Under the pieces are notes generated by a model that did no database searches, had not been told where the DNA came from, and worked only from the letters and a program-made list of their open reading frames with translations. Positions 1 through 15,700 of a stretch of DNA of 64,000 nt are shown piece by piece. The translations under genes were made by a program, and so were the position numbers. The stretch is from Lepidodermella squamata (taxonomy: Eukaryota; Animalia; Gastrotricha): assembly GCA_047495785.1 (NCBI GenBank), contig JBLDXI010000056.1, positions 124,001-188,000 on the forward strand, in the 5' to 3' direction. Every line of letters begins with the position of its first letter. Position 1 is the first letter of the stretch.

Positions 1-818
1 CTAGTAATGATTTAAAAGCTGACCAAACAATGTCAAATGTCTTTTACGCAATTTTATACCTATCGATATACGCAATTCTGTCGTGTATTAAACAAAGCTT
101 GATTAATTATTAACACAGTTTGATCGGTTTATTGCTCGGGGAATTCGATTGATCACAAAATTTAGCGGGGCTTATTTAAAGCAACAACCATGTTAACATC
201 GCAAAAATTCAACTGAAGAAATACGTTTTGTTCCAAATTTTTCCATGTAGATTTTTTAATGCTATAATATTTCCTAATTTCAGGAATTTCTTGATAAAAA
301 CTTATTCATATTCTGTGGAAATTAAGATTGAAGATCCCTTAGTTGGTATTAATTTTTTACTCTTAAATACATTAACATGGGCGATTTGTATTTCAAAAAT
401 CTATGACGTGGGCGATTTAAAATTATTTCTGGGTCTTAAGAAGCCAAAAGTAAATGTTGGTTTTAATTTTGGGCCCTAATTTTAGCGTTGCAAAATTTTG
501 ACTATTTCATTTGCCTAGAATATTAATTGTGATTAATTGTGAAATAAGAATGATTTCCATATAATTTTTCGCGATTTTAGCGTAAGGTGTGAGAGCAGTG
601 TTATAAACCATTTTTTAGTAATTTTGGGTTATTCGCCAAGCTTAGAAATTCGATCCCGTCAAACGACACTCCGTTAATTTGTTAGCCCATATTTTGCTCA
701 AATTGTCAATTTTTCCTTAAACAAGTTTAACGACCGGTTTGGATTTTTTCACATGTTTAATTCGGATTTTTATAAAAACTTAATTTTTAATTTTAGTCAT
801 ATTTTATCTTGATAAATA

Positions 819-5241
<4,423 letters not shown>

Positions 5242-5510
5242 AAGACGGCGAATTCCGACGCGCGAATGAATAGCTCAAAAGCTGTTATTATTCCGGATTT
5301 CGAACATTTATTACTATTGTACTACTATGCGTTCTTTATCTCTCTTTAACAGCCACCACGTAGCTCTAAAAAATACAACTTGTGTTATGACAATTTAGAC
5401 GTTGTGCGATGTGCTGAAACATGCGTGTCGGCTTCGATTTTCTCATTGAAAATGGGAAGTAAAAACAAATGATGGTTCGACAGAAAAATTTGATCACAGA
5501 TTTCACAAGA

Positions 5511-5516
5511 AATAAA
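5511..5516 (+). terminator. Likely PSMC1 polyadenylation signal
   Basis: AATAAA ~270 nt after the stop, followed by a T-rich tract. Confidence 0.55.
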
Positions 5517-6083
5517 GCGGAACTCTAAAACAAAATTGTTTCTTTCAATTTTTAGATTTATTTAACTTAATATATTTACTGTGACTCCATGGATTATCGA
5601 ACGATAATGGATCCAGACTAACTTGGTATTATATTACTTAATTATATTATAAGTGGTATTATATCATGTAATTGGTATTATAAGTAAACTTTCCCGACGT
5701 GTTTGGACTTACGGAAATATCTTATTTTCGGACTTTTTTCTGAAGAAAACTAACTTTCGTAGCGGTTTAACGGACAGGCGAAAGTTTCAGTAATTATCAG
5801 TAAATTCGATCGCTCGCGGCAGTGGTTTTTTTATGAAAATTTCCTAAAATTTCGCGAAAGCCGCTTGGTATAAGAAACTAAGAAGATAGAAATATAGCAA
5901 AGTCAAAATATCAAGAGGTCGCGATTGACTTTTTGCCGTTTCATTTATTTCATCATTCCACGAATGCTCCACTACTCCTATTGGGACCGTCGTTTTGTTG
6001 CTTAGCGTAATTTTCGACTAATTCAATGAATCGAAGAGTCTCGGTTCAGCGTTCCGGCCTCTGATGTCTGATCGCTGTGCTAC

Positions 6084-6210
6084 TCAAGTTTTCATTGCAA
6101 CCTTTGTGCCGGCATTGGGCACTTTTTTACTGACCTTCACCGATATTCCGCCAGTTAGATCACCATTTGTGCCAGTCCGTTAGCAATATGACAACCAACA
6201 CTTTGTTCAT
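6084..6210 (-). pseudogene. Deleted pseudogene of the secreted cationic peptide family (copy B)
   Basis: MNKVLVVILLT matches family exon 1, but the donor position reads GA and the frame stops at DWHKW*. The downstream remnant GGISVKVSKKVPNAGTKVAMKT* resembles the mature peptide of copy C. The flanks resemble copy C (CATCATTCCA near 5951 and 6801). Confidence 0.7.
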
Positions 6211-6883
6211 TGCGAGAGAAAATGATGAATTCGAGCCAAAATGCTATTTGAAATGTTCAATCGTTGTGTTTAGGATCCTAGTTTTTAGTCGAGTGCAACT
6301 GTACAAACAGCATTTATCTCGTAAAATGAATACATAGAAAAAATTGTAGGTGCTAATTTGGAGAGTTTCTTTTGAAGAAAATGGAAGGAGTAGGGCTATT
6401 TAATGACTAATAGAAAAATCACATCTCGGTGGTTCATCCCGCATTTATGAGTTTTCACGTTTTAATTAGTATAATTTTTATCAAATTTATTTTTCGGGTA
6501 CTATCTTTTCCGAACTTCTCTGTGCAGATGTGAGCTTTGGACCAGGCCGCTGCGTTTGCTTCTTACATTCCGTAGTCGCGCCGAAGTTTCATCGCGCTTC
6601 CATTGAAAAACGGTTGAATAAATCGCTAAGCCATCGTCCCTGATCGAAGAATTCATATTCATATTCATATTGATATATTCCTTCTTATATCGTTAACACC
6701 ATAAGTTCCTCTGGTAAATGGCGAAGCCGCAAAATTTTTCATAAAAGACAGTAATAAGCTAAGCTTGAGTTCTTATTCGGCGTTTTTACTTTCCTCATTC
6801 CATCATTCCAAGCATGTTTTACTACTTCAATCACTCTCAATGCATCACTCTCACATGTGAACCAGTCATTTGCCGGAAGTTAC

Positions 6884-7271
6884 TTAGAGTGTGGCTGCTG
6901 CTATGGCCGGCGCGTTAGCTATGACATTCTTGGCAACCTTCTTGCCAACTTTATTTATCTTACTGCCGACTTTCTTGATGGAGCGCTCTGCCTCTTTGGG
7001 TTTTTGTTGAGGTACCTTGGCTGCGGCATTCTTTGCTTGCGAGGCTTGGAAGAGCAAGCTGGCCATCCCATGGGGACCTGACGCATCAACTCTGTTAGGG
7101 GATAGTGTCGGATGGAAGTTACGCATGTCGCGAAGGCTGCGAGCTGCCTCCTCCTCCTCAGCATACACAGCTACTACAGCCTGTTAGAGCAAAAAACATG
7201 AGAAATTCAATTTTATGAGTGTTGGGCTTGAGGCAAACCGCTAGCAAGATGACAATCAGCAATTTGTTCAT
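6884..7271 (-). CDS. Secreted cationic peptide precursor, copy C (109 aa) with a cecropin-like C-terminal peptide; exons 7271-7239, 7180-6884
   Basis: MNKLLIVILLA|AVVAVYA signal peptide split by a 58-nt phase-0 GT-AG intron, then EEEEAAR...KPKEAER-SIKKVGSKINKVGKKVAKNVIANAPAIAAATL*. TATA box upstream (~7355). Confidence 0.85.
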
Positions 7272-7944
7272 TGCGGGAAAAGAAAAGTCGAGTCAAACTG
7301 AAATGATAATTATCAGAATATCAGAAAATGAAATTTTACGGCGATTGCATGGTTTTTATAGCATCCTAAGTGGTTGTAGAACATCTGTTCAAATTTTGTT
7401 CAAGCCAAATTTTCTTCTTTCTCTTTTGTCTTGTACGTGAAAGAAAAAGAAGAAAGTTGGCGGCTCTGTCAGTTTGATAGTTACGTGCTAGATTGTTCAG
7501 CTGGAGTATTTGGCTTTCTGACAAAGTATTACATCTCGAGCTAAGCCCTTACGATTATAATTTTTGATAATTAACATTGCGAGAAATTGAGGAAATCGAA
7601 AATACGCAATGAAGCGACCATGAAATAATGTAATGGTAAAGGCAAAGCCCAGGCTTGTACGAGGGTGGCCTTTCCACTTACTCGGCGAAGCCTACAAACT
7701 CCGTTGTAGCAAGTGGTCGAGGGGTCCAATCACCGTAAATCAAGCTGACAGGAAGACGTGTCTCTGACCACGGAGCCGCGGGCACAATCTTCGAGTTCGT
7801 ACCTGCTGGTAATTCACCCGAGACCGCGGTTCACGCTCTCCCGTTGTAGGACGCCATTCACCGGCATGAAAATATAGCTACTCAGTACGCAGCCTGGGGA
7901 CCATGGTTCGACCAGCAATCATGGAAGTAGTTGACTCGTGAGCC

Positions 7945-8440
7945 TTTATTTATTTATTTATTTATTTATTTATTCGTTATCGCAAGTGCACTTGTCATGC
8001 GTATGCAATTAGCCAGACAGGCGCCTCACTGAGGCCTCACTGAGGCGCCTCACTGAGATATTTCTCTAGGTTACAGTCAACATTAAGATATTGTTTAAAA
8101 ACATTTAAAGAGGCAGAAACGACGTCAGCAGGTAGTTTGTTCCAATAATTAATTGTTCTTCTGTTAAAAAAATATTATTTTGCAATCGCGTTTACACTTA
8201 GAAGGTCTTAGCCGGTGTTTGCTAGCGTAATTTGATTTAGAAAACTCATAGAAGTCGTCAAAAGTGACATCATAGAAGTGGTGATATAGCGTATAAGTTA
8301 ATTTCAAATCATTTTTAAAGCGACGCTTTTCCAAGGAGTCCATTCCACTACGTTTCAATAAACAGTCATACGTAATATGGGAGTAGCGAGGTATATTAAA
8401 GGCTCTTTTGAGAAAATTAAATTGTAATTTTCTCAAAAGA
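7945..8440 (-). mobile_element. 5'-truncated CR1/L2-type LINE 3' end with (TAAA)n tail
   Basis: Translation LEKRRFKNDLKLTYTL...IFF, then in a shifted frame NRRTINYWNKLPADVVSASLNVFK, typical of the CR1-group ORF2 C-terminus. (TTTA)n at 7945-7973 on + is the tail. Confidence 0.75.
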
Positions 8441-8514
8441 GCTGTGATGAAGAGCTTGTGATGATGTCTGATGATTGTGACGCATAAATAAAGAGTGCGA
8501 GAGTAGCTACCATA

Positions 8515-10150
8515 AGACTGTTTGAAGCCCGTGGCGAGCTCGCACGCTTGCTTACTTGACGTACTTCCCGATGGCAGCGCCTCGAGTGTTTTGGTCATGC
8601 TGTAGTCTTCGGCAGCAATGTGGCGGTCGGTGCTCGAAACTTTGGGGCTATGACAGCCTACAACTTGAGCTGACAGCTATAAACTTTGGGCGCTCTATTC
8701 GTCTGTCAGGGTTACAAAGATTCCTTGGCCCGGGAAACCGTTCGCTCAGCCCTTACTATCCCTGCTGCAATAAGTCAAGCGGGCTATTCGTTTGCCTTGA
8801 TTCACCCCGATCACAATCGCACCAGAACTTCATCGGCGGGCAGGTCTAGAACGGCACGGATATCTTTGTTTTGGCTTTGCGCGTGTTTAATCGATTTTCT
8901 CTGTTGCCTTCAGTCTTTTTATTCGACCATCGACCAGAGACGAGGTTATATCAGCAGCCTTTTTGACATGTTTCTTCTCATGTTTCTTGGTAATGGCACG
9001 CTCGGCCTCTTTCGGTTTCTGTTGAGGTACCCTGTCGCCGGTCTTCACTGTCTTCTTAGTTGTTTGACCAGATTTAACGTTAGGCTTGGTTGCGGAATGC
9101 CCTCCTTTTGTCGTTCCTCGTGCCTTGTTAGGCCGAGGAGCCTTGCTACCGGATTGTATGTGATGGGCGTTTTGCTTGTCATGAACGTTACGAGCTCCCT
9201 CCTCCTCTGCATATACAGCTACAACAGCCTGTTATAACGAGAAAGGTTGAAATGCCATTTAGAAGTGTTGGGTTACAGACAAACCGCTAACAAGAAGACA
9301 ATCAGCAATTTGTTCATTGCGGGAGAGAAAATTCGAGTCGAACTGAGATGTTATTTTGCGGAATATCAGAAAATTGAATTGTTATACGGCGATTGAATTG
9401 TTTTATAGCATCCTAACCGGCGGACACCTGTACAAATTTCATTCACGCCAAGTTCACGTGAAAGGATAGGGAGAAAGTTGGCGGCTTATTGATCTAGTTT
9501 TTCGTTTGGAATTACTGTTGTCATGCCCCGTCAGCTCGATAGCTAGGTGCTAGATGGCTCAGCTGGTGTAGTTGGCTTTCTAAAATTTCTAAACTTCTTA
9601 TTTGAATGTCTGACAAATTATTAGCTCTCGAAATAATATCTAAATGATTAGAATTTGCGAGAATTAACAAAAGCAAATCTAAAATAAATCACTTGATAAA
9701 TTGATCATGAACAATTGTCATGGAATGGCAGGGTCGAGCTAGTTTTAGTGCCTTTCCACTTCATCGTTGAAGCCTACAAGCGCCCTCGTAGCAAGTCAGT
9801 TACCTCAAGACTGTTTGGAGCCCGTGGCTCGCTCGCTTCCGATGGCAGCGCCTCGAGTGTTGTGGTCATACTGCTGTTCTCTGCAGCAAGGCGGCGGTCC
9901 TGGCTCTTAACTTTGAGGAAATGACAGTTAGGCCCTCTGTTCGTCTGTCATGGTTACAACCCAAAGCAAAGATTCGGTGGTCTGCTGCAACAAGTCAAGT
10001 GGACAAGTCATTTGCCCTGCGGATTCACCCATCGCAATCGCACTAGAACTTCATCGGCGGGCAAGTCAAAACTGACGTCTAGAATATCTCTGTTTGGGTT
10101 TGCGCGTGTTGAATCCATTTGCAACCATTTTCTCTGTTAGCATCAGTCTT
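8515..10150. repeat. Diverged direct duplication of the 3' flank of the peptide-gene units (~8515-8920 vs ~9809-10150; also ~7629-7712 vs ~9716-9795)
   Basis: Shared blocks such as GATGGCAGCGCCTCGAGTGTT, AGAACTTCATCGGCGGGCA and GCCTTTCCACTT...GAAGCCTACAA; consistent with ~2 kb tandem duplication units. Confidence 0.8.
8887..9317 (-). CDS. Secreted cationic peptide precursor, copy D (124 aa); exons 9317-9285, 9228-8887; absent from the ORF track
   Basis: MNKLLIVFLLA|AVVAVYAEEEGARNVHDKQNAHHIQSGSKAPRPNKARGTTKGG...VPQQKPKEAERAITKKHEKKHVKKAADITSSLVDGRIKRLKATEKID*, with a 56-nt GT-AG intron and an upstream TATA (~9401). Confidence 0.75.
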
Positions 10151-10379
10151 CTTTTAATATTGTCGGAAAAATGCTTTGTTCAATGATCGAATTCGGCATC
10201 AAAATCTCAAGACATGTCGAAAATTACGCCAATTTTGATTATATTGATTATACTTTTACTTGTAAACAGTTGAAATCCCAATAAGCTGCATTGACGACTT
10301 CACAATGTTTAATCAGTAGCCATCTCATTCTAAAAATTATTGACTCTTCAAACAACAAAACAGCATATCCACGTGTTGA

Positions 10380-11240
10380 TCATGCACCAATTTTCTCTTT
10401 AATTGTGGCTACGCCGGCCTTGACCTTATCGCTGGCGTTTTTAGCCTTTTTGTAAACATCTTTCACCTTGTCGACACCTTTCTTGACTTCAGCGGCGACT
10501 TTTTTCACCTTATCCGTTTCCTTTTTGATTTTCTTATTGGCGTCTAGTAGTTTGTGGACGATCTTCGTGGATCCGTTAGATGTGCGTGTGCGTTCCGATT
10601 CGACCGGTTCTTCGCCAGAGCGTTCGGCTTCTTTGGGTTTCGCAGGGATTTTCGCGACAGTCTTCTCCGCTCCGGAGGCCTTCACCTTCTCCGCGGCCTT
10701 TTTGACAAGATCCTGTGCGGCTCCTGCAACTCCTGAGGCTTTCACCTTCTCGGCAGCCTTTTTGACCATGTCTCCTGCGGCTTGCGCGGCTCCTGAGGTT
10801 TTCACCTTCTCGGCAACCTTTTTGGCAGTTTTCTTTGCTTTGTCGTAGTATTTCTTAACATCAATGTTGAAAATGCCAAAACCCCGCCGACTGGCCTCTT
10901 TGGGTTTCTCCGCAGTTTTCACGCCAGTACTGGGCTTTTTGCTGCTGGCCTTCGCCGCCTTGGTTGTTGTTGGGCCCGCTTTGTTGGTAGGCTTGGTTGC
11001 GACATTCGCTTGTTTAGTCGTTCTGTGGGCCGAGTTGCCCGGCCTATATGGACTAGGAGCCTTGCCACCGGATCGTATGTGATGGGCGGTTTGCTTGTCA
11101 CGAACGATGCGAGCTGCCTCCTCCTCCTCAGCGTATACAGCTACAACAGCCTGTTAGAAGAAGAAACATGAGAAATGCCATGTATGAGTGTTGTGCTATA
11201 GGCAAACCGCTAGCAAGACGACAATCAGCAATTTGTTCAT
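10380..11240 (-). CDS. Secreted multi-peptide precursor, copy E (267 aa), Lys/Ala-rich and amphipathic; exons 11240-11208, 11150-10380
   Basis: MNKLLIVVLLA|AVVAVYAEEEEAAR...KPKEASRR-GFGIFNIDVKKYYDKAKK...KPKEAER-SGEEPVESER-TRTS...KIGA*. The intron is 57 nt, and exon 2 is in frame with track ORF 10380-10922. Confidence 0.88.
10670..10825 (-). repeat. Coding tandem repeat, 60-nt (20-aa) period, ~2.5 copies (KKxAEKVKxSGxAxAAxDxV)
   Basis: TTCACCTTCTC recurs at 10681, 10741 and 10801. Confidence 0.9.
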
Positions 11241-11324
11241 TGCGGTAGAGAAAAAGTCTAGTCGAACCGAGATGATGTTTTTGCAGTAGAGCAGAAAGTG
11301 AAATTTCTCGGCGATTCGCCCGTC

Positions 11325-11390
11325 TTTTATAGCCTGCTAATCGGCAGTCACCTGTGCAAATTTCACTCACGCCAAGTTCACGTGAAAAGA
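11325..11390 (-). promoter_or_regulatory. Conserved proximal promoter of the peptide family (TATA, TGAAATTTGYACAGnTG motif, CACGTG)
   Basis: TATAAAA(A) near 11326, 9401 and 7355. CAnCTGTnCAAA(TTT) on + at 11349, 9425, 7382, 6296 and 4734. TTCACGTGAAA near 11377 and 9453. Confidence 0.6.
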
Positions 11391-11819
11391 AGGGGTGAAA
11401 ATTAGCGGCGTAGTGTAGTAGTTTCCTGCTAGGGAGTTGCTGCCGGCATATCGCGTCAGCGCGACGGGCTAGGTGCAAAATTGCTCAGCTGGTGAGTTTT
11501 TAGCTAGACAAAAGTAAATAATACGTGATGCGCCCACCTAGTTTTTAAAATTTGGCAGACCGACAATTTTTTTGAAAGAAAATAATATTCCCAAATGACT
11601 TGAGTTTGACAATTATTTTCTTAATAGGGTGTTAGAGAAGTAAGGTAACCTGAGCGAAGTTTCAAAGAATCACCCAAACTAAAGATAATGGTTTCATCCA
11701 GCCACTTCGCATCTAAGCGTGTTATTTCTGTCTGCGATTTTTAAGAAGGAACAAGGCGAAGCTTTCGCTCGAGTTGTAAAATTCGCGATGCGGAAATTAC
11801 CACTGTCGGCCTGCGGCAG

Positions 11820-11921
11820 TTGACGGGCAACTCCCCGTTTTTTAATGGCACTCGCATATCCTCCTTGACGGGCAGTCTAGACGTGCGAACGTTTCGATGA
11901 CAACGGGGAGTTTCCCGTCAA
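11820..11921. repeat. Short inverted-repeat element (possible MITE)
   Basis: TTGACGGGCAACTCCCCGTT vs AACGGGGAGTTTCCCGTCAA (19/20 inverted match), with a third TTGACGGGCA inside. Confidence 0.6.
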
Positions 11922-12089
11922 AATGAAACCGTCCTCCAGTTCTTCTTGAATTTTCGAATTTACCCATTTGTAAGGAACTGTGTAATATTTGGTATTCGTA
12001 GCAAAGTCAGCTCAATTTCTTTGAACAATTATTAGTCACTCTGCCTTCATTGTCTTCAACCACGGGCAGACCGTCATTACAGCAAATTC

Positions 12090-12232
12090 CCAAAACAGCA
12101 AACGCGACAAAACAGCAGAGACAAGATGCATCTTTAACATGATAAATGTTGCTATTTTGTCGCTAAATAAAAATTTTGCCGTTTTGTCGTATTTGCTGTT
12201 TCGCGAAGTTGCTGTTTTGTCGCCGTACCCAA
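12090..12232. repeat. Cluster of GTTTTGTCG / CGACAAAAC motifs in both orientations (MITE-like remnant)
   Basis: CGACAAAACAGCA on the left and repeated GY(T/C)GTTTTGTCG on the right. Confidence 0.45.
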
Positions 12233-12778
12233 CCAGGGCGTTGCTTAGATACTTATTGGAGTTTCCTTTGTTTCTACTCATTTCTTCCGTCTTAAATTGT
12301 CGAATACCAACTTGATTAATAATTTCATATCGTGTTTAGGCAGGCTCAATATTTAATCCTATAAAGATGACTTGGTCCTCGCCTCCTTTTCGATATTTTC
12401 CTCCCAATTTTCGTTGACTCTCTTAATGCGAAAGCGAACATTAGCTACCTAATGGACTAGTAATTCTGTTTTATTTCTAATATCTTCCAACCTTGTGTCA
12501 GGGCGTTTTTCAGATTTTGCAATTTTTTTACCTCTTTTATACTAATTCCCTTGGTTTTCGTGATATTTGTGATTGCGACGAGAGGACCTCTGAAATGCAA
12601 ATTTGCTTTTCATTTTGTGTGTAGGCGGGCACATTTTTACTCCTAAATTTGATGACTTGGTCCTCGCCTAGTTTTCGGTTTTTCAAACTCTTCGGTATGT
12701 TCACTGGTCGATTTCCTTGAATTTTAACACTGCGTTGCCTCTCTAAGGTGTGAACATAACATTAGCCTGAGCTGTTTC

Positions 12779-15700
12779 ATGGGAGGCAGCCATTCGAAGC
12801 ACTCGAACAACCACCTGCCCTACGATGACCACCTGCCGCAGTCGCCCACCTTCGACACGCTCGACAACCACCACCACCAGCCGGGCTCGAGCAGCGGCGG
12901 GCGAGAGACGCCCGTTCCCGCTTCGCATTCGAACGGCCACGTCAGCGGTGGCGACAACGCGAGTAGCAACAACGAGAATCTGACGACCATCGACGAGATA
13001 AAGGCGAAGGCGGCGCTGGCGAAGGACGGCCATCGGCGGCTCGATGAGCTGGCGCCGGAGAAGAAGGCGGCTCTGCTGGAGGCCTACTCGAAGATGGACG
13101 AGCATTTGCAGAAGCCGGGAAAGATTCGCGACAATCTGGAAAGCGCCGTCGAGTTGGCCATTGTCGATTTGAAGCGCAATTTTTTCAACGAAGAGCTGAC
13201 TGTTTTTCTAAGAGACCTAGAACCCGCGCTTCGCAGCAACACCGTCGAGTAAGTTTCGCACAACTTCAATTCAACAACCTACGAAAAAATTCTAGATCGC
13301 AAAAAATGCTTGATTCATTTTAGCGGAACCCAATTTCGGAATTCTCTAGAGGCCTGAGATCACTTTTCGGATATTTTTGCGGATTTTTGATTGACCACAA
13401 TAGTTCTAAATAAAATCACTAGTAAATTCAGCTTGCCATTCTCTATCAATCAGAGTGTTCAATTCAGAACTCATGTTTCGTCTAGACGTTGTAAAATTGT
13501 TGAAAAAATGACTCTTGGCATCTTTCGAGTTTTGTTCCGCAAAAAGCAAATTAGGTTCCGCTGAGGGGGCTTTTTTATTCGCAACTCTTCGAACAGTATA
13601 TGCTGCATTTTGTTTATTGTATTTCGAAAACAGCACTTTCTACAAAAAATGCAAACTTTCGTTCGTAAATTCGGCATTTTTCAAACAACATTTTCCAGCA
13701 CTTGATTTTCGAATCTGTACAAAATACAAAACTTGTAAGCCAATCGCAAATTTGACTTCGTTCGTTAGGCGAAATGGATGAGAAGAGTTCGACTCCTCGT
13801 GGACTAAAGCCGTTTTTTTCTTCTCATTTTCGCCCCGGCACTTATTATGTTCACAAGCATCCTCATTTCTACACTTTTATTTTTTATTCGATTTAGTAGA
13901 AAATAAAAGAGAAATACAGTATTTCTGTAGCGAATTTTCGAATGCAAAAAGCTGTAGCTGTATTTTTTGTTGCGAATAAAACCCCCCCAAAGAAAATTAG
14001 GGTTCCGTTAAAAGAATTTCTGCTTGATATTGGGGCTCAGCTGAACCCTGTGAATCTTCACCATGTACACAAAGTTGAGCATGTCTCTTGATGTTTTCGG
14101 GTTTTTGTTTCAGTTGGATAAATGAATTCATTGGACCGGACTGTAAACCGATTGACTTGCTAACTTCTTGCCTGCACGCGCTGCTCGATGCGATTCGAGG
14201 ACAACGGGTGAGACGCCGATACCCAGCTTCAACTTCACAGCGACTTCGCAGTACTTTCAAAGGTACGTCCGATTCAATCATTCATTCGTTTATTCAAGTT
14301 GGCAGCCTAATATTTACGTAATTAGTTTCACTTTCAGTGGAGGCGAATTTCAAAGGATACATTTTAAGCTTTATTACAAGTTTTCTAGAGTAAATCTTGA
14401 CTGCAAATTTTGAGCACCGAAAAACGAATGTTAGCACTAGTCGGTGAATTAATTGGCTGAAAAAAAATCAGGAGTGTTTCCCTAATTTCAGAAAGTTCGA
14501 TCTAGTTTTGGGACCTTCAGGTTTCCTGAGCTTTCCAACCCTAATTGCGTGTTTTTTTCCTCAAAGTTGATAAGGCCAAGGTATCTCAGCTTTCTCGATG
14601 AGATGTGATTCTCACTCTAATTTAAAGGCTGAATATTATGATCGAAGAATTTCGAATATTACGCAACCTGAAACCCGTTTGATCAGTTTGATCTTTGAAA
14701 TTACCGATTTTTGATGCCATGAATTGAATAACAAAGGCTTTCACATTTGATTTTAGACTCTTTAACCCTTAGCTCAGTGTTTAATTGTAATACCTTCTCG
14801 AAATCAAGCTGAGAAATTTGAGAAATATCTCTAAAAGAACCAGAAAATCCAGTTTACAATTAACAGATTTGAAACTGACAAGTGCTTATATACTTGGATA
14901 CAATTATTAATGGTCTATTTTCGTAAGATTCGAAGCCTCGATCGAATTGTCTGCCTAGAATCAGACGATTGAAGCCGTACGACATGGCGATAGATTACTC
15001 GAACAACGGTACTCAATGTTGTTTGTACTGTCAATTTATTATTTATTTTTTATCATTTGGGACTTTTTCGGTCTACTGTTCACCTAACCTTGTGTAATCA
15101 CTGTTTCGTGAAAAATCCTAAACGTTCCGAATTTAAAACCTAGTTTTCGTATTTTTTCTTGTGTAGTGAGGAGTGGTTTGAGGCGCAGTGGATCGAAACG
15201 GCTGTCGAAGCCCGAGCAAGATCTGAACGATGCCGTGGCGCTGTGCATCCGCTGTTTGAAGGCGATAATGAACTACCGCGATGGGTTCCACAAGGTGCTC
15301 GACCACAAATCGGCCATCAACTTGATCGTGTTGTCGCTGGCGTTGCGCGAGAGTTCGCGCGTCAAAGTGCTCATTCTGGAAATGCTGACGGGCATCATCA
15401 ACTTCGACGCGGTTGCCGGGCGCAAAATTGTCCTCGATGCGTTTGACAACATGAAAATTGTCCTCAACGAGCCGCATCGCTTTCACTTGTTGCTCAAAGA
15501 CTTTTCGGTGGCTTACAAGGCTGATATCACGTTTGCGGTTGGTTTATATTTCATATTAAATTTAATACCTTTTACAAAGCTATACACGGATGCACTAATT
15601 TGGTGTTATATACGATTGGTCTAGGGGCAAACGCTGCACATCTCTGTATCTTAGTAGCTCAACCGGCAATGATCAACTTTTGTTATCGAGTTATCGAATT

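Noticed and set aside
7891-7924. tRNA gene suggested by GGTTCGA
   Set aside because: No cloverleaf, acceptor stem or A-box could be built, so it is treated as a repeat fragment.
8686-9237. 183-aa hydrophobic + strand ORF resembling a membrane protein
   Set aside because: It is the antisense of Lys-rich copy D (AAG/AAA read as CTT/TTT) plus flank. The minus-strand spliced model matches its paralogs.
10670-10825. CRISPR-like regularly spaced repeats
   Set aside because: It is a coding tandem repeat with similar rather than unique spacers, in a eukaryotic context with no cas genes.
10380-10922. Histone H1-like or LEA-like call for the Lys/Ala-rich ORF
   Set aside because: There is no H1 globular domain, and the spliced model has a signal peptide and processing motifs shared with paralogs. 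A secreted LEA-like role is not fully excluded.
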